64,000 bases of DNA from an uncultured Thermus sp. (lineage in GTDB: Bacteria > Deinococcota > Deinococci > Deinococcales > Thermaceae): positions 32,001 through 96,000 of the forward strand of contig CAMTVD010000022.1 of the NCBI GenBank assembly GCA_947085095.1. The letters are read 5' to 3'. The notes beneath the pieces were generated by a model. It did not search any database. It saw only the letters and a list, made by a program, of their open reading frames with translations, and was not told the origin of the DNA. The position numbers and the translations under genes were made by a program. Below are positions 35,532 to 47,545 of the stretch, in pieces. Position 1 is the first letter of the stretch; each line of letters starts with the position of its first letter.

Positions 35532-37988
35532 GTGAGAACGTTAGGGCACATCACCGCCATGCCCCAGCTCCCGGAGCCCCTCCAGGGGCTGAAGGAGCTG
35601 GCCTATAACCTCTGGTGGAGCTGGAACCCAGAGGCGGCGGAGCTTTTCCAGGAGATAGACCCCGTGCTTTGGAAGCGCTTCCGGGGGAACCCCGTGAAGC
35701 TCCTCCTCGAGGCCGACCCCGCCCGGCTTTTGGCCCTGGCCGCCACCAGCTACCCCGTCCGGGTCCAGGCGGTCCTCAAGGCCCAGCGGGACTACCTGAA
35801 GGAGCGGGAGACGAAAAAGGGCCCCCTCACCGCCTATTTTTCCGCGGAGTACGGCTTCCACAGCTCCCTGCCCATCTACTCGGGGGGGCTTGGGGTCCTG
35901 GCGGGGGACCACGTGAAGGCCGCCAGCGACCTGGGCCTCAACCTGGTGGGGGTGGGGATCTTCTACCACGAGGGCTACTTCCACCAGCGCCTCTCCCCTG
36001 AGGGGGCCCAGATAGAGGTGTACGAGACCCTGCGCCCCGAGGAGCTCCCGCTTTTGGAGGTGGCGGACCAAAAAGGCCGCCCGCTCCGGGTGGCGGTGGA
36101 GTTCCCGGGGCGCCTGGTGTGGCTCGCCGCCTACCGGGTCCAGGTGGGGGCGGTGCCCGTCTACCTCCTCACCTCCGACCTCCCCGAGAACGCCCCCGAG
36201 GACCGGGCCATCACCGCCAGGCTCTACGATGCGGGCCAGGAGATCCGCATCCAGCAGGAGCTGGTCCTGGGGATCGGGGGGGTGCGCCTCCTGCGGGCCC
36301 TGGGGCTCTCCCCGGAGATATTCCACATGAACGAGGGACACTCCGCCTTTTTGGGCCTGGAGCGGGTGCGGGAGCTGGTGGCCGAGGGCCATCCCTTTCC
36401 CGTGGCCCTGGAGCTGGCCCGGGGCGGGGCCCTCTTCACCACCCACACTCCCGTCCCCGCGGGGCACGATGCCTTTCCCTTGGAGCTTGTGGACCGCTAC
36501 CTGGGGGGGCTGTGGGAGAAGCTGGGCACGGACCGGGAGAGCTTCCTGGGGCTGGGCCTCGAGGAGAAGCCCTGGGGCCAGGTCTTTTCCATGTCCCGCC
36601 TGGCCCTTTCCACCAGCGCCCAGGCCAACGGGGTGAGCCGCCTCCATGGGGAGGTCTCCCGGGGGATGTTCCACCACCTCTGGCCTGGCCTCCTCCAGGA
36701 AGAGGTGCCCATCGGCCACGTGACCAACGGGGTTCACACCTGGACGTTCCTCCATCCCCGCCTGCGCCGCCACTACGCGGAGGTCTTCGGCCCCGAGTGG
36801 CTCAAGCATCCCGAGGACCCGGCCACCTGGAAGGTGGAGGGCCTGGGGGAGGAGTTTTGGCGCATCCACAAGGACCTCAGGGCAGGGCTGGTGCGGGAGG
36901 TGCGGCAACGGGTCTACGAGCAGCGCCGCCGCAACGGGGAAAGCCCAAGCCGCCTGCGGGAGGTGGAGCGCCTCCTGGACCCTGAGGTCCTCACCCTGGG
37001 CTTCGCCAGGCGCTTTGCCACCTACAAGCGGGCGGTCCTCCTCTTCAAGGATCCGGAGAGGCTTTTGAAGATCCTCCGGGGGCCCTACCCGGTGCAGTTC
37101 GTCTTTGCCGGCAAGGCCCACCCCAAGGACGAGCCCGGGAAGGCCTATCTTCGGGAACTGGTGGCCAAGATCAAGGAGTACGGCCTCGAGGACCGCATGG
37201 CGGTTCTGGAGGACTACGACATGTACCTGGCCCGGATCCTGGTTCACGGCTCCGATGTCTGGCTCAACACTCCCCGCCGCCCCATGGAGGCCAGCGGCAC
37301 CAGCGGGATGAAGGCGGCCTTGAACGGGGTTCTCAACCTCAGCATCCTGGACGGCTGGTGGGCCGAGGCCTATAACGGCAAAAACGGCTTCGCCATCGGG
37401 GACGAGCGGGTTTACGAGAACGAGGAAGCCCAGGACATGGCGGACGCCCAGGCCCTTTACGACGTGCTGGAGGCGGAGGTGCTCCCCCTCTTCTACGCCA
37501 AGGGGCCTGAGGGGTACTCCTTGGGGTGGCTCTCCATGGTCCACGAGAGCCTGCGCACCGTGGGCCCCCGCTTTAGCGCCGCCAGGATGGTGGGGGATTA
37601 CCTGGCCCTTTACGAAAGGGGGGCGGGGATGGCCCTCAGGGCCAGGGAGTCCAGGGATCTCCTCCTGGCCTTTCACCAGGCCCTCCCCGCTTTTCAGGCC
37701 CTCGCCCTAAGGGTGGAGGCCCCCAGCCACCTCACCCTGAACGGGGAACCCCTGAGGGTGCGGGCCTTTTTGGAAGGGGAGGTGCCCACGGCCCTAAGGC
37801 CTTTCCTCGAGGTCCAGCTGGTGGCCAGAAGGAGCACCGGGGAGGTGGAGGTGGTGCCCCTTGCCCCCACAGGGGAAGGGTACGAGGCCCTCTACCGCCC
37901 CTCCCGCCCCGGAAGCTACAGCTACGGGGTGCGCCTGGCCTTGCGCCACCCGGTCACCGGCCGGGTGAACTGGGTGCGCTGGGCCTGA
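35532..37988 (+). CDS. glgP: Alpha-glucan (glycogen/maltodextrin) phosphorylase
   Basis: YSGGLGVLAGD, HMNEGH, FARRFATYKR, EASGTSGMK. Confidence 0.95.
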   Translation: MRTLGHITAMPQLPEPLQGLKELAYNLWWSWNPEAAELFQEIDPVLWKRFRGNPVKLLLEADPARLLALAATSYPVRVQAVLKAQRDYLKERETKKGPLTAYFSAEYGFHSSLPIYSGGLGVLAGDHVKAASDLGLNLVGVGIFYHEGYFHQRLSPEGAQIEVYETLRPEELPLLEVADQKGRPLRVAVEFPGRLVWLAAYRVQVGAVPVYLLTSDLPENAPEDRAITARLYDAGQEIRIQQELVLGIGGVRLLRALGLSPEIFHMNEGHSAFLGLERVRELVAEGHPFPVALELARGGALFTTHTPVPAGHDAFPLELVDRYLGGLWEKLGTDRESFLGLGLEEKPWGQVFSMSRLALSTSAQANGVSRLHGEVSRGMFHHLWPGLLQEEVPIGHVTNGVHTWTFLHPRLRRHYAEVFGPEWLKHPEDPATWKVEGLGEEFWRIHKDLRAGLVREVRQRVYEQRRRNGESPSRLREVERLLDPEVLTLGFARRFATYKRAVLLFKDPERLLKILRGPYPVQFVFAGKAHPKDEPGKAYLRELVAKIKEYGLEDRMAVLEDYDMYLARILVHGSDVWLNTPRRPMEASGTSGMKAALNGVLNLSILDGWWAEAYNGKNGFAIGDERVYENEEAQDMADAQALYDVLEAEVLPLFYAKGPEGYSLGWLSMVHESLRTVGPRFSAARMVGDYLALYERGAGMALRARESRDLLLAFHQALPAFQALALRVEAPSHLTLNGEPLRVRAFLEGEVPTALRPFLEVQLVARRSTGEVEVVPLAPTGEGYEALYRPSRPGSYSYGVRLALRHPVTGRVNWVRWA

Positions 37989-38025
37989 GTGTATAATCTT
38001 CCCGTGCGTTTTAAGGAGGTGGACC

Positions 38026-38790
38026 ATGCGTAAACTTTTGCTGTTCCTCGGCGTGTTGGCCCTTGGCCTTGGCCTGGCCCAGGTGCGGACCCTGGACCAG
38101 ATCAAAAGGAGCGGGGAGATCCGCATCGGCACCGAAGGGGCCTTTCCCCCCTTCAACTACTTTGATGCCAAGAACCAGCTCACGGGCTTTGAGATAGACC
38201 TGGGCAACGCCATCGCCAAAAAGCTGGCCCTAAAGCCGGTCTGGATCGCCCAGTCCTTTGACAGCCTCCTTATCCAGCTTGGCCAGGGGCGGTTTGACTT
38301 CGTCATCGCCTCCCACGGCATCACCGAGGAGCGGGCCAAGGCGGTGGACTTCACCAACCCCCACTACTGCACGGGAGGCATTATCGTCAGCAGGAAGGGG
38401 GGCCCCAAGACCTCCAAGGACCTTCAGGGCAAGGTGGTGGGGGTGCAGATCGGCACCACCTACATGGAGGCGGCCCAGAAGATTCCCGGGGTCAGGCAGG
38501 TGCGCACCTACCAGAAGGACCCCGACGCCCTCCAGGACCTGTTGGCGGGCCGGGTGGATGCCTGGATCACCGACCGCTTCGTGGCCAAGGAGGCCATCAA
38601 GGAAAGGAAGCTGGAGGGCACCCTCCAGCTGGGCGAGCTGGTCTTCCAGGAGCGGGTGGCCATGGCGGTGGCCAAGGGCAACAAGAGCCTGCTGGACGCC
38701 CTCAATAAGGCCCTGGCCGATCTGATGAAGGACGGCACCTACGCCCAGATCTCCAAGAAGTGGTTCGGGGAGGACGTGCGCTGCAAGTAA
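38026..38790 (+). CDS. Polar amino-acid ABC substrate-binding protein
   Basis: Signal peptide; GTEGAFPPFNY, GITEER, KWFG. Confidence 0.92.
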   Translation: MRKLLLFLGVLALGLGLAQVRTLDQIKRSGEIRIGTEGAFPPFNYFDAKNQLTGFEIDLGNAIAKKLALKPVWIAQSFDSLLIQLGQGRFDFVIASHGITEERAKAVDFTNPHYCTGGIIVSRKGGPKTSKDLQGKVVGVQIGTTYMEAAQKIPGVRQVRTYQKDPDALQDLLAGRVDAWITDRFVAKEAIKERKLEGTLQLGELVFQERVAMAVAKGNKSLLDALNKALADLMKDGTYAQISKKWFGEDVRCK

Positions 38791-38798
38791 TCCCTTTT

Positions 38799-38832
38799 GG
38801 GCCTGGGATGGAACGTCCCGGGCCCTTCTTTT
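38799..38832 (+). terminator. Intercistronic stem-loop after the SBP gene
   Basis: GGGCCTGGGATG-GAA-CGTCCCGGGCCC then TTCTTTT. Confidence 0.65.
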
Positions 38833-38837
38833 GACCC

Positions 38838-39629
38838 ATGATCCCCTTTTGGCTCCGCCTCTTCCTCTATGCCGCCCTTTTCGCCTTGGGGTACCTGGCC
38901 TTCTTCGCCCTTTTGGGGGCGGCCTTAGAGCGCTACTTCCTTCTCACCGGCTTCGGTCCCGATCGGGCCCTTTCCGCAGGCCAGGCCATGGCCCTGGGGG
39001 CGGAGGTTACCCTGAAGCTCACCCTGATCTCCGGCCTCGCTGGCCTTTTCATCGGCGTTTTTGCCGGGATGTCCCGTCTTTCCAGCCGGGCCTGGGTGCG
39101 CCTTCCCGCCACCTTTTACATCTGGGTCACCCGGGGCACCCCTCTTTTGGTACAGATCCTCTTCGCCTACAACGCCTTGCCCTTCCTCCTCCAGCCCCTA
39201 TGGCCGGGGGCGCAGCAGGCTCTCACCCCCTACTGGGCCGCCTTCATCGCCCTCTCCTTTAACGTGGGGGCCTACAACGCCGAGGTGGTGCGGGCGGGCA
39301 TCCAGGCCATCCCCAAGGGGCAGTGGGAGGCCGCCTGGTCCTTGGGCCTTTCCCCGGTGGACACCATGCGCTTCGTGGTCCTGCCCCAGGCCCTGCGCAT
39401 CGTGGTCCCGCCCCTGGTCAACAACCTGGTGGCCCTTCTCAAGGACTCCTCCTTGGCCAGCGTCATCACCCTGGCGGAGCTGGCGCTTTCTGGGCAACGC
39501 ATCATCTCCGCCACCTTCCGGCCCGTGGAGGTGTACCTGGCGGTGGCCGCCATCTACCTTCTTCTCACCACGGTGCTGACTTTATTCACCAACCGCCTGG
39601 AGGAGAGGCTCAAGATGGTGGGCCGTTAG
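38838..39629 (+). CDS. Polar amino-acid ABC permease
   Basis: RGTPLLVQ, AEVVRAGIQAIPKGQWEAA, LKDSSL. Confidence 0.93.
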   Translation: MIPFWLRLFLYAALFALGYLAFFALLGAALERYFLLTGFGPDRALSAGQAMALGAEVTLKLTLISGLAGLFIGVFAGMSRLSSRAWVRLPATFYIWVTRGTPLLVQILFAYNALPFLLQPLWPGAQQALTPYWAAFIALSFNVGAYNAEVVRAGIQAIPKGQWEAAWSLGLSPVDTMRFVVLPQALRIVVPPLVNNLVALLKDSSLASVITLAELALSGQRIISATFRPVEVYLAVAAIYLLLTTVLTLFTNRLEERLKMVGR

Positions 39630-39687
39630 GGCTTGCGGGGCCTGGGGGCGTGGGGTATACTTCTTGCGGTCTGAAGGAGGTGGGTTT

Positions 39688-40638
39688 ATGCGGATAAAAA
39701 GCGTGCTCTTGGCGGGGTTGGCCTTCCTGGGCCTAGGCTTGGCCCAGGAGTTCCTCACCATCGGCTCCGGGGCCACCACGGGGGTCTACTTCCCGGTAGC
39801 CACCGGCATGGCCAAGCTGGTGAACGATGCCAATGTGGGCATCCGGGCCAACGCCCGCTCCACGGGTGGGAGCGTGGCCAACATCAACGCCATCGCCGCG
39901 GGCGAGTTTGAGATGGCCCTGGCCCAGAACGACATCAGCTTCTACGCCTTCCAGGGGTGCTGCATCACCGCCTTTGACGGCAGGCCGGTGAAGGGCATCC
40001 GGGCCCTGGCCGCCCTCTACCCCGAGGTGGTCCACGTGGTGGCCCGGGCGGACGCGGGCATCCGCACCGTGGCCGACCTCAAGGGCAAGCGGGTGGTGGT
40101 GGGGGATGTGGGCTCGGGCACGGAGCAGAACGCCCGGCAGATCCTCGAGGCCTACGGCCTGCGCTTTGAAGACCTGGGCCAGGCCATCCGGGTGGGCGCC
40201 ACCCAGGGCATCCAGCTCATGCAGGACAAGCGGGCAGACGCCCTCTTCTACACCGTGGGCCTGGGGGCTTCTGCCATCCAGCAACTGGCCCTGACCACCC
40301 CCATCACCCTGGTGGCGGTGGACCTGGATAGGGTCCAGGCCATCGCCAAGAAGTACCCCTTCTACGTGCGCTTCAACATCCCGGGGGGCACCTACAAGGG
40401 TGTGGAGGTCGTCACCCCCACGGTGGCGGTCCAGGCCATGCTCATCGCCTCGGAGAAGCTCTCCGCCGACACCGTCTACCGGTTCATGAAGGCGGTCTTC
40501 GGCAACCAGGAGGCCTTCAAGAAGATCCACCCCAACCTGGAGCGCTTCTTCAGCCTGGAGAGAGCGGTTAAGGGCCTGCCCATCCCCCTCCACCCTGGGG
40601 CGGAGCGCTTCTATAGGGAGCTGGGGCTTCTGAAGTAG
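39688..40638 (+). CDS. TAXI-family TRAP solute receptor (glutamate-binding-protein like)
   Basis: TIGSGATTGVYFP, STGGSVAN, LYPEVVH, PLHPGAERFY; GGAGG RBS. Confidence 0.92.
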   Translation: MRIKSVLLAGLAFLGLGLAQEFLTIGSGATTGVYFPVATGMAKLVNDANVGIRANARSTGGSVANINAIAAGEFEMALAQNDISFYAFQGCCITAFDGRPVKGIRALAALYPEVVHVVARADAGIRTVADLKGKRVVVGDVGSGTEQNARQILEAYGLRFEDLGQAIRVGATQGIQLMQDKRADALFYTVGLGASAIQQLALTTPITLVAVDLDRVQAIAKKYPFYVRFNIPGGTYKGVEVVTPTVAVQAMLIASEKLSADTVYRFMKAVFGNQEAFKKIHPNLERFFSLERAVKGLPIPLHPGAERFYRELGLLK

Positions 40639-40654
40639 GCTAGCGTCAGCGCCC

Positions 40655-40678
40655 AGGGGGCCCCACCTGGGGCCCCCT
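40655..40678 (+). terminator. Intercistronic GC hairpin after the TAXI gene
   Basis: AGGGGGCCCCA-CC-TGGGGCCCCCT. Confidence 0.55.
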
Positions 40679-40693
40679 TCGCCTGGAGGCGGT

Positions 40694-42667
<1,974 letters not shown>

Positions 42668-42673
42668 CCGGAA

Positions 42674-43408
42674 GTGGAGCCCATTATCCGCATCCGTAAC
42701 CTGCACAAGTGGTTTGGCCCCCTCCACGTCCTAAAGGGGATCTCCCTGGAGGTGGCCCCCGGGGAGAAGCTGGTCATCATCGGCCCCTCGGGTTCGGGGA
42801 AGAGCACCCTGATCCGCACCATCAACCGCCTCGAGGACTTCCAGGAGGGGGAGGTGGTGGTGGACGGGATGAACGTAAAGGACGATCGGGCCCTCCGGGC
42901 GGTGCGGCGGGAGGTGGGGATGGTCTTCCAGCAGTTCAACCTCTTCCCCCACATGACGGTTTTGGAAAACATCACCCTGGCCCCCATGCGGGTGCGGGGG
43001 TGGCCTCGGGAGAGGGCGGAGGGGAAAGCTTTAGAGCTTTTGGAGCGGGTGGGGATTTTGGACCAGGCCAGGAAGTACCCGGGGCAGCTGTCCGGGGGGC
43101 AGCAGCAGCGGGTGGCCATCGCCCGGGCTCTCGCCATGGAGCCCAAGGTGATGCTCTTTGACGAGCCCACGAGCGCCCTGGACCCGGAGATGGTGGGGGA
43201 GGTGTTGGACGTGATGCGGGACCTGGCCCGGGGGGGCATGACCATGCTGGTGGTGACCCATGAGATGGGGTTTGCCCGGGAGGTGGCGGACCGGGTGGTG
43301 TTCATGGACGGGGGGCAGATCGTGGAGGAGGGGAGGCCGGAGGAGATCTTCAGCCGCCCCAAGGAGGAGAGGACCAAAAGCTTCTTGCAAAGGGTCCTGC
43401 ACCACTAG
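42674..43408 (+). CDS. Polar amino-acid ABC ATPase (GlnQ-like)
   Basis: [47 protein letters not shown]. Confidence 0.95.
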   Translation: MEPIIRIRNLHKWFGPLHVLKGISLEVAPGEKLVIIGPSGSGKSTLIRTINRLEDFQEGEVVVDGMNVKDDRALRAVRREVGMVFQQFNLFPHMTVLENITLAPMRVRGWPRERAEGKALELLERVGILDQARKYPGQLSGGQQQRVAIARALAMEPKVMLFDEPTSALDPEMVGEVLDVMRDLARGGMTMLVVTHEMGFAREVADRVVFMDGGQIVEEGRPEEIFSRPKEERTKSFLQRVLHH

Positions 43409-43410
43409 GT

Positions 43411-43809
43411 ATGGAGGGGCTTTTCCGGGCCCTTTTAGACCCCAAGGGGGACCCTGGCCTTAGGCGGCTTGGCCTCAGGCTCTACGCCCTTGGGCTTCTG
43501 GCCTTCCACGGGGTGGCCTTGGCGGTCCTGAGCCTCCTTCTGCCTCAGGCCTCCCACCCCCTTCTCTGGGCCCTGGCCTTCTTGGGAGCGGGGTGGCTCT
43601 ACCTCCAGGCCCAGGGGGCCTTGCGGGCGGAAAAGGGGCCTTTAGCCCCTTTGCTGGCCGTGGGCCTGGGGGCCTCGGCCTTTTTCTTTTTGGGGGTGAT
43701 GGGGCTTCTCCTAAGGCCCTTGGGGCTCCTTCTTCTCCCCTTGGGCCTGGGGCTTTTCCTCATCCTCCTCCACCGAGGGGAGGCCTGGCTTGTAAAAGAA
43801 GGTCCTTGA
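43411..43809 (+). CDS. Hypothetical membrane protein
   Basis: About four hydrophobic segments; starts 2 nt after the ATPase stop. Confidence 0.7.
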   Translation: MEGLFRALLDPKGDPGLRRLGLRLYALGLLAFHGVALAVLSLLLPQASHPLLWALAFLGAGWLYLQAQGALRAEKGPLAPLLAVGLGASAFFFLGVMGLLLRPLGLLLLPLGLGLFLILLHRGEAWLVKEGP

Positions 43810-44614
43810 GGCGGGGCCGGGCCAGGGCCTGGATCTCTTTCAGGCGCTCCCAGGCCCGCTTCTGCCCGAGCTGGTAGACCAGGGGAAGCTTCTCGTGGTC
43901 AAAGGTGTCTATGGGGAAGGGGGGGTCCAGGGGGATGACCAGGTCGGCCTCCTTCAGGGCCAGCTCCTTGAGGCGGCGCCGGCTGGCTTCCCCCGCCAGG
44001 AGGGCGGCCTCGAGGGCCGTCTTGGGCGATTCCTTGGGCGGGGGGTTGGACACGTCCACGGCCACCACCTTGGGGAAGAGGGCCTTGGCCGCCCGCACGG
44101 GCACCTTCTCCGCCACGTCCCCGTCCACCAGAAGCCGCCCCTCCCACTCCACGGGCGGGAAGAGGCCGGGGATGGCCATGCTGGCCAGGACCGCTTTAAA
44201 GACCGGGCCCCGCCTCAGGACCACCCCCTCCCCCGTGAGGAGGTCGGCCGCCTGGATGGCTAAGGGGATGGGGCTTTCTTCCAAGAGGGCTTCGCCGAAG
44301 AGCTTTCTGAGCCTCGCCTCCAGACCCTTGTCCTCCGCCAGGTGGGGACGGCGAAGGGCGCCTAAGAGACGGGCCAGGGCCCTGAGGCCGCCGCCTTGGG
44401 CCACGCGGACGATTTCTGGGTCAAAGATGGCCTCGTGGACCCTGTAAGGGTCCCGGTGACCAAAGGCAAAGCAGGCGGCGGCCAAAGCCCCGGCGGAACT
44501 GCCGGAGAGGGCCCGGATGGGCACCCCTGCCTTTTCCAGGACCTCGAGGACCCCCAGGTGGGCGTACCCCCGCACGCCCCCACCGCCCAAAGCCAAGGCC
44601 ACGCCCCGCTTCAA
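43760..44614 (-). CDS. Patatin-like phospholipase
   Basis: LGGGGVRG, GSSAG nucleophile motif, VDG. Confidence 0.9.
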   Translation of the reverse strand: MKRGVALALGGGGVRGYAHLGVLEVLEKAGVPIRALSGSSAGALAAACFAFGHRDPYRVHEAIFDPEIVRVAQGGGLRALARLLGALRRPHLAEDKGLEARLRKLFGEALLEESPIPLAIQAADLLTGEGVVLRRGPVFKAVLASMAIPGLFPPVEWEGRLLVDGDVAEKVPVRAAKALFPKVVAVDVSNPPPKESPKTALEAALLAGEASRRRLKELALKEADLVIPLDPPFPIDTFDHEKLPLVYQLGQKRAWERLKEIQALARPRLKDLLLQARPPLGGGG

Positions 44615-45024
44615 TACCCGAGCCCCAACTCCTGGGCTTCCGCCGTCAGCCGGTCCAAGAGGTCCTTACCTTGCTGGCGGGAGCGCTCCAGGTAGTCCAA
44701 AAGATCCTTGGCCCGAATGCGCCGATGCGTTCCCACCTTGTGGTAGGGGATGGTGCCTTCCTCCAGAAGCCGGACCAGGTAGGGCCGGGACACCCCAAGA
44801 ATGTCCGCCGCTTCTCCTGTGGTGAGCTCGGCTTCCAAGGGTACCACCCTTACGGGGATCCCGTGGGCAAGGGATTCCAGGATTTGCCGGAGAAGGTTTT
44901 CCAGTTCACGAGTCATTGTCAGGGAAACCTCTCCCAGGCGTATCTGCTTTCCTGGGGCTAGGTTTTTGAGGAAGAGACGAATCTCCTCCTTTGCTTCCTG
45001 TTGGGTGAAGACTAGGCCTGCCAT
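44611..45024 (-). CDS. Excisionase-family HTH protein, probable antitoxin
   Basis: ELTTGEAADILGVSRPYLVRLLEEGTIPYHKVGTHRRI...AQELGLGY; start taken at ATG 45024. Confidence 0.85.
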   Translation of the reverse strand: MAGLVFTQQEAKEEIRLFLKNLAPGKQIRLGEVSLTMTRELENLLRQILESLAHGIPVRVVPLEAELTTGEAADILGVSRPYLVRLLEEGTIPYHKVGTHRRIRAKDLLDYLERSRQQGKDLLDRLTAEAQELGLGY

Positions 45025-45034
45025 ACCCAAGAAC

Positions 45035-45063
45035 AGGATACCCCACAAACGAAATAAACGCAA
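45035..45063 (-). promoter_or_regulatory. Promoter of the HTH gene with direct-repeat operator
   Basis: Minus strand TTGCGT-17nt-TATCCT; plus-strand AAACGAAAT/AAACGCAAC repeats overlap the -35. Confidence 0.6.
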
Positions 45064-45107
45064 CAGGGGTTTTGGATGCCGGAGCTGAAAGCAGGTAAAC
45101 GAAGGGC

Positions 45108-45728
45108 CTAGAGGCGATTTTTGTACTGCTGTAAGAGACTGGCAAATCTCCTTAGCCCTATATGTGCAAATCTATCTAAGAAATCTTCCCTATCCAAGGG
45201 AGGGTTCTTGAGCGCCTCCCTTTGCTCTTTGAGTAGCTGAAGGAGGGGTTCAGGCAAGCTGCTCCTTCGGATTAGGGCCTCTGCCAACTCCAAGAGGTAT
45301 TCATCGGGGTGGATGACCACCAGGTCCCAGGGTTCCAGGGCTTCCTCTGGGAAGTCTTGGAGGTTGAAGGTGAGGATGGCCTCGGCTCCGCCCCAGTAAG
45401 CGGCGGCCACTACATGGCGGTCATCGGCATCGGGCAGGTGTACCTGGGGGACCAGGTGCTCGTACCCTTCCACGAGGGGTTCCTGGAAGGCAAGAGCTTG
45501 CACCATGCGGGCCGGAGTCTGCCGCAAGCGGTTCCGCTGGTCCTCATCCAGATCCGCCCGATTTTCTAGGAGGTGGGATAGCCACTCTTCTTGCACTCGC
45601 CGGCTCCACTTGAGGCGAAGTCCTAGCCTTGGGTCTAAAGCCAGGCGCATGAAGAGGTCGCGGGTGGGGGCCGGGTACAGGACGCATGCATCCAAAAAAA
45701 GCACGCGTGGAAGATGAAAAGGACTCAT
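45108..45728 (-). CDS. PIN-domain protein (VapC-like toxin)
   Basis: [46 protein letters not shown]. Confidence 0.88.
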   Translation of the reverse strand: MSPFHLPRVLFLDACVLYPAPTRDLFMRLALDPRLGLRLKWSRRVQEEWLSHLLENRADLDEDQRNRLRQTPARMVQALAFQEPLVEGYEHLVPQVHLPDADDRHVVAAAYWGGAEAILTFNLQDFPEEALEPWDLVVIHPDEYLLELAEALIRRSSLPEPLLQLLKEQREALKNPPLDREDFLDRFAHIGLRRFASLLQQYKNRL

Positions 45729-45748
45729 TTGGATTTAGAATAGCCCAT

Positions 45749-46513
45749 ATGCGGCCTGACCTTTCCCGTGTGCCCGGAGTCTTGGGGGAGATCGCCAGAA
45801 GGAGGGCTAGGGAGATCGCCCCTTACCCCCTTCCAGAGCCGCCGCCTGTGCCCTCCTTTAGCCAGGCCCTTGCCCTGCCTGGCCTTTCCCTCATCGCCGA
45901 GGTGAAGCGGCGAAGCCCCTCCGAGGGCCTCATCCGGGAGGTGGACCCCGTGGAGGCCGCCCGGGCCTACGAGCGGGGCGGGGCCCGGGCGATAAGCGTC
46001 CTCACCGAGCCCCACCGCTTCGGGGGAAGCCTGGAGGACCTAAAGAGGGTGCGCCAGGCGGTGGAGCTTCCCCTCCTCCGTAAGGACTTCGTGGTGGACC
46101 CCTTCATGCTGGAGGAGGCCCGGGCCTATGGGGCCAGCGCCGCGCTCCTCATCGTGGCCCTTTTGGGGGAGCTGACCGGGGCCTACCTGGAAAGGGCCAA
46201 CGCCTTGGGCCTGGAAGCCTTGGTGGAGGTGCACACGGAAAGGGAGCTGGAGCTGGCCTTGGAGAGCGGGGCGGAGATTCTAGGCATCAACAACCGGGAC
46301 CTGGTGAGCCTGAGGGTGGATCTCGCCACCGCTCCAAGACTGGGCAGGCTGGCCCGGGAGCGGGGCTTTAGGGGCCTCTTGGTGGCGGAGTCGGGGTACG
46401 CCAGGAGGGAGGACCTAAAGGGTCTGGAGGGGCTTTTTGATGCGGTGCTGGTGGGCACGAGCCTCATGAAGCGGCCCGATTTGGCCGAGGCGGTGCGGGA
46501 GCTTGTAGGATAG
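45749..46513 (+). CDS. trpC: Indole-3-glycerol phosphate synthase
   Basis: [31 protein letters not shown]. Confidence 0.96.
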   Translation: MRPDLSRVPGVLGEIARRRAREIAPYPLPEPPPVPSFSQALALPGLSLIAEVKRRSPSEGLIREVDPVEAARAYERGGARAISVLTEPHRFGGSLEDLKRVRQAVELPLLRKDFVVDPFMLEEARAYGASAALLIVALLGELTGAYLERANALGLEALVEVHTERELELALESGAEILGINNRDLVSLRVDLATAPRLGRLARERGFRGLLVAESGYARREDLKGLEGLFDAVLVGTSLMKRPDLAEAVRELVG

Positions 46514-46517
46514 GACC

Positions 46518-47225
46518 ATGCTTCTCATCCCCGCCGTGGACCTAAAAGGAGGCCGGGCGGTGCGCCTTCTGGAGGGGGACCCTTCCCGGGAGACCCCCTA
46601 TGGGGACCCGGTGGCGGCCGCCTTGCGCTTCCAGGAGGAGGGGGCCCGCTACCTCCACCTGGTGGACCTGGACCGGGCCCTGGGCAGCGGGGAGAACCGG
46701 GAGGCCCTCCTAAGGATCCGGGAGGCCCTTAGGGTCCCCTTTGAGCTCGCCGGGGGGATCCGGAGCCTGGGGGCCCTCCAGGAGGCCCTGGCCCTGGGGG
46801 CGGATCGGGCGGTGGTGGGCACGGTGGCCGTCAAGGACCTGGCCCTATTGCAGAGGATGCTCGCCGAGGCAGGCCCCGAGCGTCTGGCCGTGGCCCTGGA
46901 CGCCCGGGGGTTAGAGGTAGTGGTCGCGGGCTGGCAGGAAAGGACCCCGGTTTCCGCCCTGGACCTCCTCAGGGTCTGGGCGGAGATGGGGGTGCGCACG
47001 GTGATCTACACCGATGTGCGGCGGGACGGGACCCTTTTGGGCCTGGACCTCGAGGTGGTGGGAAGGGTGCGGGAGGCCTGGCCCCACGCCCTCATCGCCG
47101 GGGGCGGGATCGCTGGGCTTCAAGACCTCCTGGGCCTGAAGCGCCTGGGCGTGGAGGGGGCCATCCTGGGAAAGGCCCTTTACGAGGGAAGGATTCGGCT
47201 ACGGGAAGCTTTGGAGGTGGTATGA
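46518..47225 (+). CDS. hisA: ProFAR isomerase
   Basis: IPAVDLKGGRAVRL, HLVDLD, GGIR, TDVRRDG, GKALY. Confidence 0.95.
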   Translation: MLLIPAVDLKGGRAVRLLEGDPSRETPYGDPVAAALRFQEEGARYLHLVDLDRALGSGENREALLRIREALRVPFELAGGIRSLGALQEALALGADRAVVGTVAVKDLALLQRMLAEAGPERLAVALDARGLEVVVAGWQERTPVSALDLLRVWAEMGVRTVIYTDVRRDGTLLGLDLEVVGRVREAWPHALIAGGGIAGLQDLLGLKRLGVEGAILGKALYEGRIRLREALEVV

Positions 47226-47545
47226 AGTTCGCAGGGTGGGTTTTCCTTCTGGTGAGCCTGGGCGTGGGGGCGGCGGGGGTCTACCTCTTCTACGCCTACC
47301 CTTTTTTGGAGGTGCCCTCCCCCCTTGGCCCCTGGCCCCTTTACTACCTCCTTCCCGGGGTCTACCTCCTGGGACTCCTGGTAGGGGGGCTTTTCGTCCT
47401 GGCCCTCTGGCTCAGGGGGGTGGGGGAGAGGGGGCGGCTTCTAAGGGAGATAAGGCGGCTTCAGGGGGAGGTGAACGCCCTGAAGCGGGAGCGGATTGAG
47501 GAGATCCCCAAAATCCCTGACCGCGCGGTGGACGAGGAAGCATGA
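47222..47545 (+). CDS. Small membrane protein with C-terminal coiled coil (LapA-like topology)
   Basis: Two TMs followed by RLLREIRRLQGEVNALK. Confidence 0.65.
   Translation: MKFAGWVFLLVSLGVGAAGVYLFYAYPFLEVPSPLGPWPLYYLLPGVYLLGLLVGGLFVLALWLRGVGERGRLLREIRRLQGEVNALKRERIEEIPKIPDRAVDEEA

Noticed and set aside
35541..37676. Long antisense ORFs (e.g. 711 aa opposite glgP, 569 aa opposite valS, 492 aa opposite the TRAP permease)
   Set aside because: Expected artefact of GC3-rich codon usage; no motifs, and they lie wholly within well-supported genes.
44611..45024. Excisionase marking a second integrated element
   Set aside because: No integrase or att repeat nearby; the sequence and PIN neighbour fit a TA antitoxin.
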